Assembly (NCBI GenBank): GCA_027490975.1
Contig: JAIXXA010000132.1
Location: 17,253-81,252 of the forward strand
Direction: 5' to 3'
DNA: 64,000 bases
From: Rhodospirillaceae bacterium
GTDB taxonomy: Bacteria > Pseudomonadota > Alphaproteobacteria > CACIAM-22H2
The position numbers and the translations under genes were made by a program. A model generated the notes under the pieces. The model was not told the origin of the DNA. It saw only the letters and a program-made list of their open reading frames with translations, and ran no database searches. Numbering within the stretch: position 1 is the first letter of the stretch; each line of letters starts with the position of its first letter. Positions 1-8,997 of the stretch are shown one piece after another.

Positions 1-572
1 TCGAGCACGCGGCGCATCTCGTAGAGTTCGGCGATGTAGGCGCGCGACAGGCCGGGCGCGTACCAGCGCGATTTTCCATCCTTCTTGACCACGCCGAAAC
101 GCTGGAGCCGCACCAGCACGTCGCGCGCAACCGTCCGGCTCACACCGTGGTGGCGCGCGAGATCGCTCTCCACCACGCGCCAGGCGCAGAAAGCCGAGCG
201 CACCACGATCTCGGTTTCCACCTCTTTGTAGATGCGCTCCCAGCTTGCCGCACTGTTCAACTGCACCGGCGCCGACGGGACGCTTGCGGATTTGGGCAAG
301 GCGGCCGCCTCGATCACGACGTAGCCGCGGCCGGCGGCGTGCCGGATCGCGCCCGCAGCTGCGAGCTTTTCCAGGGCATGCCGGACCGGCGCGCGGCTGA
401 TGCCGAACTGGGCTGCGGTACGGGATTCGTAGAGGACCGAACCGGGCGCAAAAGTGCCGTCGGCGATCTGGCGGGTCAGGATTTCGAGCACGCGGGCCTG
501 AAGGCGCGGGGCTGCACCTCGCGTCTTCGCCGTTGCCCGTTCCAAGCGTTTGCCCGCAGCCTTCGCCATCAT
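1..572 (-). CDS. GntR-family (FadR-like) transcriptional regulator, C-terminally truncated by the window edge
   Basis: Minus-strand translation from the ATG at 572 gives MMAKAAGKRLERATAKTRG...RVLEILTRQIADGTFAPGSVLYESRTAAQFGISRAPVRHALEKLAAAGAIRHAAGRGYVV, a typical GntR winged-HTH. The ORF runs off the window start, so it is absent from the ORF track. Its start overlaps the stop of the next SDR gene. Confidence 0.75.
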   Translation of the reverse strand, partial: MMAKAAGKRLERATAKTRGAAPRLQARVLEILTRQIADGTFAPGSVLYESRTAAQFGISRAPVRHALEKLAAAGAIRHAAGRGYVVIEAAALPKSASVPSAPVQLNSAASWERIYKEVETEIVVRSAFCAWRVVESDLARHHGVSRTVARDVLVRLQRFGVVKKDGKSRWYAPGLSRAYIAELYEMRRVL

Positions 573-1336
573 ATCCCCGACGCCAGATAGCCTCCGTCGA
601 CCCGCAGCGTTGCGCCGTTCACGAAACGCGCGGCAGGCGATGCCAGAAAGACGGCCGCACCCACCAGTTCCGACACATCGCCCATTCGCCCCATTGCGCA
701 GCGCCGAATCGCTTCCGCCTTGCGCTCGGGCGGCATCTTGTCGCGATTGAGGTCTGTTAGGAAGAAGCCAGGCGCGATCGCGTTGACCCGGACGCCGCGC
801 GCCCCCCACTCCGCCGCGAGGGTCTGGGTCAATCCCGTCACGGCCCATTTGCTGGCGCAATAGGCGGCCGCGAGCGACCAGCCGGAATGCGCGGCCAACG
901 ACGCGATGTTGATTATCGTCCCGGAGCCGCGCGCCGTCATGCGCGCGCCGAATGCCGTGCAAGCGAAAAACACCGCCTTGACGTTGGTGTCCATAACCGC
1001 GTCGTACTCCGTTTCGTCGACTTCCAGCGCGGGCTTGATCGTCGTGGTGCCCTGGCAGTTGACCAGCACATCGACGGGACCGTGCTCGCGTTCCGCGCGG
1101 TCGGCCAATGCCCGGGCTGCGGCCGGCGCGCGCAGATCGGCGCAGTAGGCGACCGTCGCATCGCCCCCAAGCTCTGCGGCGACGGCGTCGAGCCGTTCGC
1201 GCCCGCGCGCCGCGATCAGCACGCGCGCGCCCGCCGCGCGCATGCCCAATGCGATCGCGCGGCCGATGCCGCTCGACCCGCCGATCACCATGGCGGTGGC
1301 GCCGCCCATCGAAAACGCATCCGTTTTGTCTGTCAT
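569..1336 (-). CDS. SDR-family oxidoreductase (short-chain dehydrogenase)
   Basis: 255-aa ORF with a GGSSGIGRAIA Rossmann motif and the SDR catalytic core (ASKWAVTGLT with YxxxK). High GC3 coding bias. Confidence 0.9.
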   Translation of the reverse strand: MTDKTDAFSMGGATAMVIGGSSGIGRAIALGMRAAGARVLIAARGRERLDAVAAELGGDATVAYCADLRAPAAARALADRAEREHGPVDVLVNCQGTTTIKPALEVDETEYDAVMDTNVKAVFFACTAFGARMTARGSGTIINIASLAAHSGWSLAAAYCASKWAVTGLTQTLAAEWGARGVRVNAIAPGFFLTDLNRDKMPPERKAEAIRRCAMGRMGDVSELVGAAVFLASPAARFVNGATLRVDGGYLASGI

Positions 1337-1413
1337 TGCGTGGCTCCTCCCGAGCGGCGCCGAAGTCGCGGCGGCGCGTGTTTGAATTCGATTGGCAGGT
1401 CAATAATGTTTAG

Positions 1414-1430
1414 TGTATACGATAGACACA
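1414..1430. promoter_or_regulatory. Candidate GntR-type operator (imperfect inverted repeat GTGTATACgatAGACAC) in the divergent SDR/SDR intergenic region
   Basis: AT-rich palindrome-like element seen between divergent genes adjacent to a GntR regulator. GntR operators are typically short palindromes around a GT...AC core. Inference only. Confidence 0.25.
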
Positions 1431-1483
1431 ACGTCCTGGAAGTCTGTCGTAAGCAATCCAACGGGCGAGCGGAGGAAACCAAC

Positions 1484-2227
1484 GTGACCGGCCGATTGGC
1501 GGGCAAAACGGCTTTCGTTACAGGTGCAGGACAGGGCATTGGCCGCGCTGTCGCACTTGCCTATGCGCGCGAGGGCGCCGCCGTCGTCGCCGCAAGCAGG
1601 TCGGGCGAAAAGCTCGCCGATCTGCCCGCCCTCGAACCTGCGATCCGCGTTCGGGCGCTCGACGTGACCGATCGGGCGGCGCTGCACGATGCGCTCGCGG
1701 CGGCCGAACCGATCGACATTCTTTTCAACGGCGTGGGCTGGGTGCATTCGGGCTCGATCCTGGCCTGCGACGAGGACGACTGGGCCCGCAGCTTCGAGAT
1801 CAATGTGACGACGATGTACCGCGCCATTCGTGCCGTTCTGCCCGGCATGATGGCGCGCGGCCGCGGTGCGATCGTAAACGTCGCGTCGGTCGCTTCCAGC
1901 CTCTCGGGCGTCGCGGAGCGCGCGGCCTACGGCGCCAGCAAAGCCGCCGTGATCGGCCTCACGAAGGCCGTCGCGCGCGACGCGATCGCCAGCGGGGTGC
2001 GCTGCAACGCGCTGTGCCCGGGAACCACGCACACCGCGTCGCTCGACGAGCGCATCGCGCGCGCTGCCGATCCGGATGCCCAGCGCCGCGCTTTCGTGGC
2101 GCGCCAGCCGATGGGACGCCTCGGCACCGTCGCGGAAATGGCCGAGGCGGCCGTGTTTCTGGCCGACGAATCGGTCCGCTTCATGTCCGGCACGGTTCTG
2201 GTCGTTGATGGGGGGCAAACGATATGA
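1484..2227 (+). CDS. SDR-family oxidoreductase
   Basis: GTG start at 1484 preceded by GGAGGA (1471-1476). Contains TGAGQGIGRAVA and the YGASKAAVIGLTK SDR motifs. The long upstream part of track ORF 887..2227 is low-quality translation. Confidence 0.85.
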   Translation: MTGRLAGKTAFVTGAGQGIGRAVALAYAREGAAVVAASRSGEKLADLPALEPAIRVRALDVTDRAALHDALAAAEPIDILFNGVGWVHSGSILACDEDDWARSFEINVTTMYRAIRAVLPGMMARGRGAIVNVASVASSLSGVAERAAYGASKAAVIGLTKAVARDAIASGVRCNALCPGTTHTASLDERIARAADPDAQRRAFVARQPMGRLGTVAEMAEAAVFLADESVRFMSGTVLVVDGGQTI

Positions 2228-3339
2228 AAAACTCGCCAGATCGCGCCGCAGCCGACGCCGCGGCGCTGGCACGATTCAGCCGCGCCGTTTTGCGCGCCGC
2301 CGGCGCCGATTCCGCAACGGCCGCTGCGGCCACCCGCGCGATGATGCATGCCTCGAGCCTGGGGATCGACAGCCACGGCATCCGGCTGCTCGGCCACTAC
2401 GTTCGCGCGATTGACGGCGGCCGCGTGAAAGGGCGGCCGCGACTGCGCTTTGCGCGGAACAAGGGTGCCGTGGCGATGCTCGACGCCGGACACGCGCACG
2501 GCGCGCTCGCCGCCTACCGCGCGATGGCGCGCGCGACGGCAATGGCCGCACGCCAAGGGATCGGCGCGGTCGGGATCGCCAATTCGTCCCACTTCGGCGC
2601 CGCAGGCGCCTACGCGCTGGCCGCCGCCGAAGAAGGATTCATCGGAGTCGCCGTCTGCAATTCCGATGCGTTTGTGCGTCTGCACGGCGGTGCCGCGCGC
2701 TTCCACGGCACCAACCCGATCGCCGCCGCGTGCCCTGTGGCCGGTGCGCGCCCGTGGCTGCTCGATATGGCGACCAGCGCCATTCCCTACAATCGGGTCC
2801 AGCTCTACCGCAGCCTCGGACGCGCGCTCCCTGCCGGAACCGCATCCGATGCGCGCGGCGCCGATACGCGCGCGCCGGAGGAAGCCGCGATGCTGGCGCC
2901 GCTGGGTGCCGCTTTCGGCTTCAAAGGGGCCGGGCTTGCGGGCCTCGTCGAGATTCTAAGCGCCGTCCTCACCGGCATGCGCCTGAGCTACGAAATCCTG
3001 CCGATGGGCGGCCCGGACATGCGCACGCCCAGACGCATGGGCGCGTTCGTCCTCGCGATCGATCCGCGCGCGTTCCTGCCGGGCGAGGCTTTCGCCAAAC
3101 GCATGGCGGTCTATCTGCGCACGCTGCGTCGGTCGCCGGCCGGATCCGGCGATGCGGCGATGGCGCCGGGCGACCGCGAATGGCGGCAGGCCGCCTTGCG
3201 CGCAGCCGCCGGCATTCCGATCGATCCGGAAACGCGCAAGGAATTCGCCCGTCTTTCCGAAACCTACGACGTGCCGGCGCCGTCGCTGCGAGAGTCGCCG
3301 AAAACCGGAAACATCCGCAAAGAAAGGAATGGGAGATGA
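2224..3339 (+). CDS. Ldh2-family (malate/L-lactate dehydrogenase family 2) NAD(P)-dependent oxidoreductase
   Basis: 371 aa with HGIRLLGHYV...GIANSSHFGAAGAY...LLDMATSAIPYNRV motifs typical of PF02615 (ureidoglycolate, sulfolactate and 2,3-diketogulonate dehydrogenases). ATGA overlap with dctP. Confidence 0.85.
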   Translation: MKNSPDRAAADAAALARFSRAVLRAAGADSATAAAATRAMMHASSLGIDSHGIRLLGHYVRAIDGGRVKGRPRLRFARNKGAVAMLDAGHAHGALAAYRAMARATAMAARQGIGAVGIANSSHFGAAGAYALAAAEEGFIGVAVCNSDAFVRLHGGAARFHGTNPIAAACPVAGARPWLLDMATSAIPYNRVQLYRSLGRALPAGTASDARGADTRAPEEAAMLAPLGAAFGFKGAGLAGLVEILSAVLTGMRLSYEILPMGGPDMRTPRRMGAFVLAIDPRAFLPGEAFAKRMAVYLRTLRRSPAGSGDAAMAPGDREWRQAALRAAAGIPIDPETRKEFARLSETYDVPAPSLRESPKTGNIRKERNGR

Positions 3340-4358
3340 ACCGTCTTGCCAAACTCGCGACTCTTGCATGCGTCGCGGTGGCTGTCGGCGCGCTCGCGCC
3401 GACGCGCGTCCACGCCGCCGAGCCCGCGCAACTGCTCGCACAGGCCAGTCCGACCGTGACGCTGCGCTTCAGCCACGTGCTGGGGCCCCGCGAGCCCTTC
3501 CACGAGGGCTTCCTCGCATGGGCGCGCGCGGTCGAACAGCGCACCAACGGCGGCCTCAAGATGGAGGTCTTCCACAGCTCGTCGCTGGGCCGCGAAGAAG
3601 ACATCATCGAACAGCTGCGCCAGGGCGCCAATCTCGGGCAGAACACGGACGCGGCCCGTTTGGGCAACTACGTGCCCCAGATCGCCGTCGTCAACGGCCC
3701 GTATTTCGCAGCAACGGCCGCCGACATCGAGCGCGCCGCCCGCACGCCGAGCCTCCAGCGCTGGCAGGCCGAGCTGGCCGAACGCCACGGCCTCAAGGTC
3801 GTATGCTTCAATTGGGTGCAAGGCGCACGGCACTTCTTCACGAACAAACCGATCCGCCGGCCCGAAGATCTGCGCGGGCAGCGTGTCCGCACGCCGCCGG
3901 CGCCGATCTGGCAGGAATCCGTCCGCGCGCTCGGCGCCGCGCCCGTCGCGATGGCCTTCAGCGAAATGTACCCGGCACTGCAGCAGCGCGCGATCGACGG
4001 GGTCGAACTCGTCTACAACAACATCCCGGCAGGCCGCTTCCACGAAGTTCTGCGCTACGCCAACGAGTCGCGGCACATTCTTCTGGCCAATTTCCAGGTT
4101 GTCGGCACCCGCTTCTTCAATTCGCTGCCGCCGGCCTACCAGACAGCACTGGTCGAAGAGTGCGAACGCGCAGGTGCCGCCACTTCGCGGCGCATCCAGG
4201 AACTCGAGGGCGAAGTCAAAGCCGATCTGCGACGCCGCGGCATGACGATCGTCGAAGACGTCGACCATGCGGCGTTCCAAGAGGCCGGCAAGCGCGCCTA
4301 CCAAGCGCTCAACCTGACAGAGGCCAAAGCCGCGATCGACCGCGAAATGGGCCGCTGA
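3336..4358 (+). CDS. dctP: TRAP transporter substrate-binding protein (DctP family)
   Basis: ATG at 3336 with upstream GGGAGA, followed by a signal peptide (MNRLAKLATLACVAVAVGALAPTRVHA) and a DctP-like body. Lies inside the longer track ORF 2730..4358. Confidence 0.9.
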   Translation: MNRLAKLATLACVAVAVGALAPTRVHAAEPAQLLAQASPTVTLRFSHVLGPREPFHEGFLAWARAVEQRTNGGLKMEVFHSSSLGREEDIIEQLRQGANLGQNTDAARLGNYVPQIAVVNGPYFAATAADIERAARTPSLQRWQAELAERHGLKVVCFNWVQGARHFFTNKPIRRPEDLRGQRVRTPPAPIWQESVRALGAAPVAMAFSEMYPALQQRAIDGVELVYNNIPAGRFHEVLRYANESRHILLANFQVVGTRFFNSLPPAYQTALVEECERAGAATSRRIQELEGEVKADLRRRGMTIVEDVDHAAFQEAGKRAYQALNLTEAKAAIDREMGR

Positions 4359-4404
4359 CGCGGCCCGCAATGCGCGCCTCGAGCCTTCAAACCGGGAGAC
4401 GGCC

Positions 4405-4899
4405 ATGAAAGATGGAAACTTCTACCGAACGGTCTGTCGGCTCGAGGCGGCAACGGCGGCCGCCTGCCTCGTCGCGATGGTGGCATTGGTTCTCGCAGGC
4501 GCCATCGCGCGGTCGCTCGAAAATCCGCTGAACTGGACGAGCGACTTCGCCACATTCTTTTTCGCCTGGGCGGTTTTTCTGAGCGCCGACGTCGCCTGGC
4601 GCAAGGGCAATCTGATGGCGTTCGATCTGGTCACGGACACCCTGTCGGCGCGACTCCGGCGGACCATAACACTCGTCAATCTGGCGATCATCGCGGGCTT
4701 TCTCGCCTACGTCGCGGCGGCAGGGCTCTGGCTCTCGTGGATCAGCCGCGCGCGCAGCTTCCAAGGCATTCCGGAGATCAGCTATTCGGTCGTCACGCTG
4801 AGCCTTCCGGTCGGCGCGTGCCTGCTCTTGGCGACGACGCTCTTCAAGATCCGCGACGTATGGGCGGATAGGGCCGCCGCCCACCATCAGCCCCAATAA
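4405..4899 (+). CDS. dctQ: TRAP transporter small permease (DctQ family)
   Basis: 164 aa, four predicted TM helices, in the typical position between dctP and dctM. Confidence 0.85.
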   Translation: MKDGNFYRTVCRLEAATAAACLVAMVALVLAGAIARSLENPLNWTSDFATFFFAWAVFLSADVAWRKGNLMAFDLVTDTLSARLRRTITLVNLAIIAGFLAYVAAAGLWLSWISRARSFQGIPEISYSVVTLSLPVGACLLLATTLFKIRDVWADRAAAHHQPQ

Positions 4900-4909
4900 A
4901 GGTCGCGCC

Positions 4910-6190
4910 ATGCTCGTCGTCGCCATCGCCTTCAGCGTATTCGTGCTTCTCGGCATGCCCGTGGCCTTCGCCATCGGCGTGTCCGGCGCGATCTTCTTCG
5001 TGCTGAATCCGGACCTTCCTTTCACCATTCCGGTCCAGCTCGGGGTCTCGCAGACCCAGAACTTCGCCTTGCTCGCGATTCCGCTGTTCATCCTGGCCGG
5101 CAACCTGATGAACTCCGCGGGCATCACCGAGAAACTGCTGAATCTCGCCTCGGTGGTCGCCGGGCGTCTGCGCGGCGGCCTTGCGCAGGTGACGATTGCG
5201 CTTTCCGCCTTCATGGGCGGCGTATCCGGATCGGCGATCGCGGACGCGGCGATGCAGTCGCGCATGCTCGGACCCGAGATGCTGCGCCGCGGCGTGAGCA
5301 AGGGCTATGCGGCCGGCATCCTCGCCTACAGTTCGATCCTCACGCCCATCATTCCGCCGGGCATCGGCTTCATCATCTACGGCACGATCGGCCAGGTTTC
5401 GATCGGCCGCCTGTTCGCGGCGGGTTTCGTGCCGGCAGCATTGCTGTGGATCGCGCTGTCGGTGGCCGTGACGGTCACCGCGCGCCGGCGCGGCTACCCG
5501 CCCGAACGCGCGACGGCACCCAGCTTGGGCGAAGCAGCGGCGGCTTTCCGCGGCGGGATTTGGGCGCTGCTGTTTCCGATTCTGCTGCTGGCCGGTTTGC
5601 GGAGCGGCGTGTTCACGCCCTCGGAGATCGGCGCCGTCGCCGTCGTCTACGCGCTTTTTGTCGGCGTCGTCGTGCACCGTCGCATGGGACGGCGCGAAAT
5701 GGCTGAATCGCTCGAAGGCAGCGTCGGCGACGTCGGCAGCACGATGTTCCTCATCGCGCTCTCGGCCATCTTCGCCTACGGCATCGTCTACGAACGTGTG
5801 CCCGATACGATCTCGGCAGCGATGCTCGACACGTCCTTCGGGCTCAACGGCGTGATGCTCATGATCGTCCTGTTCCTCCTGGTCGCCGGTTTCTTCATCG
5901 ACGCGACGGTGCTGATCATTCTGCTGACGCCGATCTTCCTGCCTTTGGTCCTCGATCTGGGCGGCGACCCCGTGCATTTCGGCGTCGTCTTCATCGTCGC
6001 GGCCACGATCGGCAATTTCACGCCGCCCGTCGGCGCCGCGATGTACGCGGTTTGCGCGATTCTGAAATGCCCGATCGCCGACTATACGCGGGAGTCGATG
6101 CCGTTTCTGGCGGCCGTCGCGTTCGTCGCGGTCTTGCTGATTTTCATTCCCGAGATCGTCCTGTCGCTGCCCAATCTGGTGTTCGGCTGA
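4910..6190 (+). CDS. dctM: TRAP transporter large permease (DctM family)
   Basis: 426-aa polytopic membrane protein with the DctM-like pattern MPVAFAIG...LAIPLFILAG. Confidence 0.9.
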   Translation: MLVVAIAFSVFVLLGMPVAFAIGVSGAIFFVLNPDLPFTIPVQLGVSQTQNFALLAIPLFILAGNLMNSAGITEKLLNLASVVAGRLRGGLAQVTIALSAFMGGVSGSAIADAAMQSRMLGPEMLRRGVSKGYAAGILAYSSILTPIIPPGIGFIIYGTIGQVSIGRLFAAGFVPAALLWIALSVAVTVTARRRGYPPERATAPSLGEAAAAFRGGIWALLFPILLLAGLRSGVFTPSEIGAVAVVYALFVGVVVHRRMGRREMAESLEGSVGDVGSTMFLIALSAIFAYGIVYERVPDTISAAMLDTSFGLNGVMLMIVLFLLVAGFFIDATVLIILLTPIFLPLVLDLGGDPVHFGVVFIVAATIGNFTPPVGAAMYAVCAILKCPIADYTRESMPFLAAVAFVAVLLIFIPEIVLSLPNLVFG

Positions 6191-6194
6191 GCGC

Positions 6195-6236
6195 TGCCGG
6201 GCCTTCCCTGCAAGCAAGGAAGGCCCGGCGTTCGTC
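6195..6236 (+). terminator. Putative intrinsic terminator after dctM (12-bp perfect stem GCCGGGCCTTCC/GGAAGGCCCGGC)
   Basis: Perfect inverted repeat at 6195-6206 and 6217-6228 directly after the dctM stop. The U-tract is weak (gttcgtcgctaatt). Confidence 0.45.
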
Positions 6237-6302
6237 GCTAATTCCGATGGACACTTGAGCTCGACGCACGGACAGGCTAGAAAAACGGCGGCGCTTCGCG
6301 AT

Positions 6303-6376
6303 GCGGGTGTAGCTCAATGGTAGAGCCGGAGCTTCCCAAGCTCAAGACGAGGGTTCGATTCCCTTCACCCGCTCCA
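6303..6376 (+). tRNA. tRNA-Gly(CCC): tRNA-Gly (anticodon CCC)
   Basis: GCGGGTGTAGCTCAATGGTAGAGC...CTTCCCAAGCTC...GGTTCGATTCCCTTCACCCGCTCCA folds as a cloverleaf: 7-bp acceptor stem, D, anticodon and T arms, TTCGATT T-loop, encoded CCA. Near-identical to E. coli tRNA-Gly(CCC). Confidence 0.9.
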
Positions 6377-6416
6377 GCCGCCCTCCCGCTCCGGCCCTGC
6401 TCGCCCTGGGGCGCGC

Positions 6417-7421
6417 CTAGCTGGCGCGCCCGGGCGCCGCTTCGCCCTTCGTCTTCCACAGGCTGAACAGGATGCCGGACGCCAGGATCGCGACGGTGAT
6501 GCCGAGCCCCCAGGCCGGCGGAAACTTCTCCCAGCCCAAGCCCCAGGCGACGAAGATCTTCGAGCCGATGAAGATCAGCAGGATCGCGAGCGCGTATTTG
6601 AGATAGTGGAAGCGATGGACCATCGCCGCGAGCGCGAAATAGAGCGCGCGCAGGCCCAGGATCGCGAAGATGTTCGACGTGTAGACGATGAACGGGTCCG
6701 TCGTGATCAAGAAGATCGCGGGCACCGAATCGACCGCGAAAATCACGTCGGCGATTTCGATCAGAATCAGCGCCAGGAACAGCGGCGTCATGAAACGCGC
6801 AAGCTTGCCCGATCCGGCCGGCGCTTTGGGGTCGGGAAGCTGCACGAAGAATTTCTCGCCGTGCAGCTTCTCGGTCACGTTGAAGCGCCGCTTGAGCCAG
6901 AGCAAAGCCGGATTGTTCGCAATGTCGGGCTGCTGGTCGCCCATATAGAGCATCTTCACGCCCGTGAAGACGAGGAAGAGGGCGAAGATGTAGAGCACCC
7001 ACGAAAAATTCTCGACGATCGGCGCGCCGATGCCGATCATGATCGCGCGCAGCACGATCACGCCGAGAATGCCCCAGAACAGCACGCGATGCTGGTAGAG
7101 GCGCGGGATCGCGAAGTAGCCGAAGATCATCGCGATGACGAAGACGTTGTCCATCGCCAGCGTCTTCTCGATCGCGAAACCCGTCAGGTATTCGACGCCG
7201 GACTGGGGCCCGAGATACCACCAGACCCACGCGCCGAACAGCAGGCCGAGGCTGATGTAGCCGGCCGACAGAATAAGGCTCTCCTTCGCCTCGATCTCGC
7301 GGTTCTCCTTGTGCAGAACGCCGAGATCGAGCGTGAGCAAAGCTGCGACGATGCCCATGAAGGCAAGCCACATCCACGCGGGTTTGCCGAGCCATTCGGC
7401 GGACAGGAAAGCGAATTCCAT
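6417..7421 (-). CDS. TerC-family integral membrane protein
   Basis: Internal ATG at 7421 (MEFAFLSAEWLGKP) with GGAG upstream. Multi-TM protein with the TerC signature region (AMDNVFVIAMIFGYF...DSVPAIFLITTDPFIVYTSNIFAILGLRALYF). The N-terminal extension of the track ORF is unlikely to be coding. Confidence 0.8.
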   Translation of the reverse strand: MEFAFLSAEWLGKPAWMWLAFMGIVAALLTLDLGVLHKENREIEAKESLILSAGYISLGLLFGAWVWWYLGPQSGVEYLTGFAIEKTLAMDNVFVIAMIFGYFAIPRLYQHRVLFWGILGVIVLRAIMIGIGAPIVENFSWVLYIFALFLVFTGVKMLYMGDQQPDIANNPALLWLKRRFNVTEKLHGEKFFVQLPDPKAPAGSGKLARFMTPLFLALILIEIADVIFAVDSVPAIFLITTDPFIVYTSNIFAILGLRALYFALAAMVHRFHYLKYALAILLIFIGSKIFVAWGLGWEKFPPAWGLGITVAILASGILFSLWKTKGEAAPGRAS

Positions 7422-7711
7422 CGGGAGATCCTTCGAGAATCGGCACGCGCATCGGGAGAGATCCGACATCGCGTTCGCGCCGACAGCGCACGCCAGAGGG
7501 GCCCGGATCAAGGGTTGGTTGCTATATGGGCGATAGTCCCGGCTTTTCAAGGCCCGTTTTTTCCGCGTGCCCGCTTGAATACTCGGCGGCGATCTTCCTA
7601 TTTCGCTCGCATCAGGGTCCGGGCCCCTCTGGTCGGCCTCTTCGGCGCGGCGATGTCGGACTCTTCCATCTCGGACGGGCGGAAAATGCCCGTCTCTCTT
7701 GGGAGAAGATC

Positions 7712-8122
7712 GTGACGCATTCCGGCTCCATCGATATCGACGGCGAGGTTCTGCCGCCGCCGCACAAGTCCCGGCGCACTGCCGACACCGACGCCGCACG
7801 CGAACGGCTCGAGGCCCTCGCGCGGACGCTCGACAGCGCCGTGCGCATCCCCGGCACGTCGATACGCATCGGCGCGGATGCGGCCCTCAATCTGATCCCG
7901 GGCCTCGGCACGCTCGCGGCCAAGGGGCTTGCGGGCTATCTGATCTGGGAAGCGCGCCGCCTCGGCGTGCCGACGCGCACGCTGCTGCGCATGGTCGGCA
8001 ATGTCGGCCTCGACGCGGCGATCAGCGCCATTCCCGTGCTCGGCTGGTTCGGCGACGTGTTCTGGCGCGCCAATGCGCGCAACATCGCCTTGCTGCGCGA
8101 CCATATCGACGCGCAAGCGTAG
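7712..8122 (+). CDS. DUF4112-domain membrane protein
   Basis: GTG at 7712 with GGGAGAAG upstream. Contains the IPGTSIRIGADAALNLIPGLGTLAAKGLAGYLIWEA motif characteristic of DUF4112. The upstream part of track ORF 7526..8122 has poor GC3 and is probably noncoding. Confidence 0.6.
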   Translation: MTHSGSIDIDGEVLPPPHKSRRTADTDAARERLEALARTLDSAVRIPGTSIRIGADAALNLIPGLGTLAAKGLAGYLIWEARRLGVPTRTLLRMVGNVGLDAAISAIPVLGWFGDVFWRANARNIALLRDHIDAQA

Positions 8123-8137
8123 GCCGCCCGACGGACC

Positions 8138-8920
8138 TCAGTAGCCGTCGTCGAGTTCGGCGCGCAGTTCCTCGAAGCTCGGCACGAAGCCGGTGGCGGC
8201 GGCCATCTTGGCACGTTCCGCATCGTCGAGATTTTCGACCGACGCGAGCCATGCGTCGAGCATCAGGCGAGCCTGGGCCGGCCCCACGATGTCGGTCGCA
8301 GCGGGCTTGCCCGTGCGCACGACGACGTTGGCCGACAGGCTGATCTGGCCCGAGCGCATGTTGAGGATGCTGACCATATGGGTGAGCCGCGCGTCGAAAT
8401 GCCGGAAGGCCGCCGGCAGGCGCACGGCGAACTGCCACCAGATCGGCTGCGCCAACCGGTAGAAGCGGTCCCAGTCGACGCCGCCGTCGCCCGCGCATTT
8501 CTTGGCCAGATCTTCGGCCTCGTGCACAAGCGCCTGTTCGAGCTCCTCGCCCAGAATGAGGCGCGCGAAATGCCGCACGCCGTGATGCACGGCGCGCGGG
8601 ACCTTCTCTTCGGCGAGCAGCGCGCTCAACGGCCGGAACAGAATCCGCCCGAACGGGTCTTTGCGCAGATGGCGCGCCCAGCGCCCTTCGAGTTCCTTGC
8701 CGATGCCGGCGAGCGCCACGCGCGCGATCTTGGCGATGCGGCCGTTGTTGATCATCTCGGCCATCGCGGCGTTGAGATCGCCGACCTCGAGCGGTTCGGC
8801 CTTGTCGGCTTGGCGCGCCTGCACCGTTTCGATGAAGCCGCACAGAATCTCGACGGCGAGAATCTCGAGTTTTTTCTGCTCTTCCGATCCTGCGCCCGAA
8901 ACGGAATCTCCGTCGGCCAT
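8138..8920 (-). CDS. Hypothetical protein (helical; possible ferritin-like/di-iron fold, family not recognised)
   Basis: 260-aa ORF with good GC3 bias and E/H-containing helices (EILAVEILCGFIE..., HHGVRHFARLILGEELEQALVHEAED). No confident family assignment. Confidence 0.65.
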   Translation of the reverse strand: MADGDSVSGAGSEEQKKLEILAVEILCGFIETVQARQADKAEPLEVGDLNAAMAEMINNGRIAKIARVALAGIGKELEGRWARHLRKDPFGRILFRPLSALLAEEKVPRAVHHGVRHFARLILGEELEQALVHEAEDLAKKCAGDGGVDWDRFYRLAQPIWWQFAVRLPAAFRHFDARLTHMVSILNMRSGQISLSANVVVRTGKPAATDIVGPAQARLMLDAWLASVENLDDAERAKMAAATGFVPSFEELRAELDDGY

Positions 8921-8997
8921 TGCGGATCTCCTTCTATAAGTGAAGATTATGCCGCTGCCGGATCAGGTCAAGAGATACCGCAGTGCAGCATCCGAAT

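Noticed and set aside
4844-6217. 457-aa minus-strand ORF antisense to dctM, plus similar long R/G/A-rich ORFs (for example 1400-2272, 20867-22369, 21948-24143, 26678-28294, 28243-30483, 39351-42203, 60992-62695)
   Set aside because: They have an extremely Arg/Gly/Ala/Pro-biased composition and lie opposite genes with clear homology. They are typical open antisense frames of high-GC DNA, not genes.
6303-6420. tRNA-Gly as an integration site for a genomic island
   Set aside because: There is no integrase, no direct repeat of the tRNA 3' end, and no GC discontinuity downstream. The neighbours (TerC, DUF4112) are ordinary chromosomal genes.
7422-7711. yybP-ykoY (Mn2+) riboswitch in the TerC 5' leader
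   Set aside because: TerC genes are often controlled by this riboswitch, but the conserved GGGGAGUAG-type core was not seen on the minus-strand leader. Unconfirmed without a covariance-model search.
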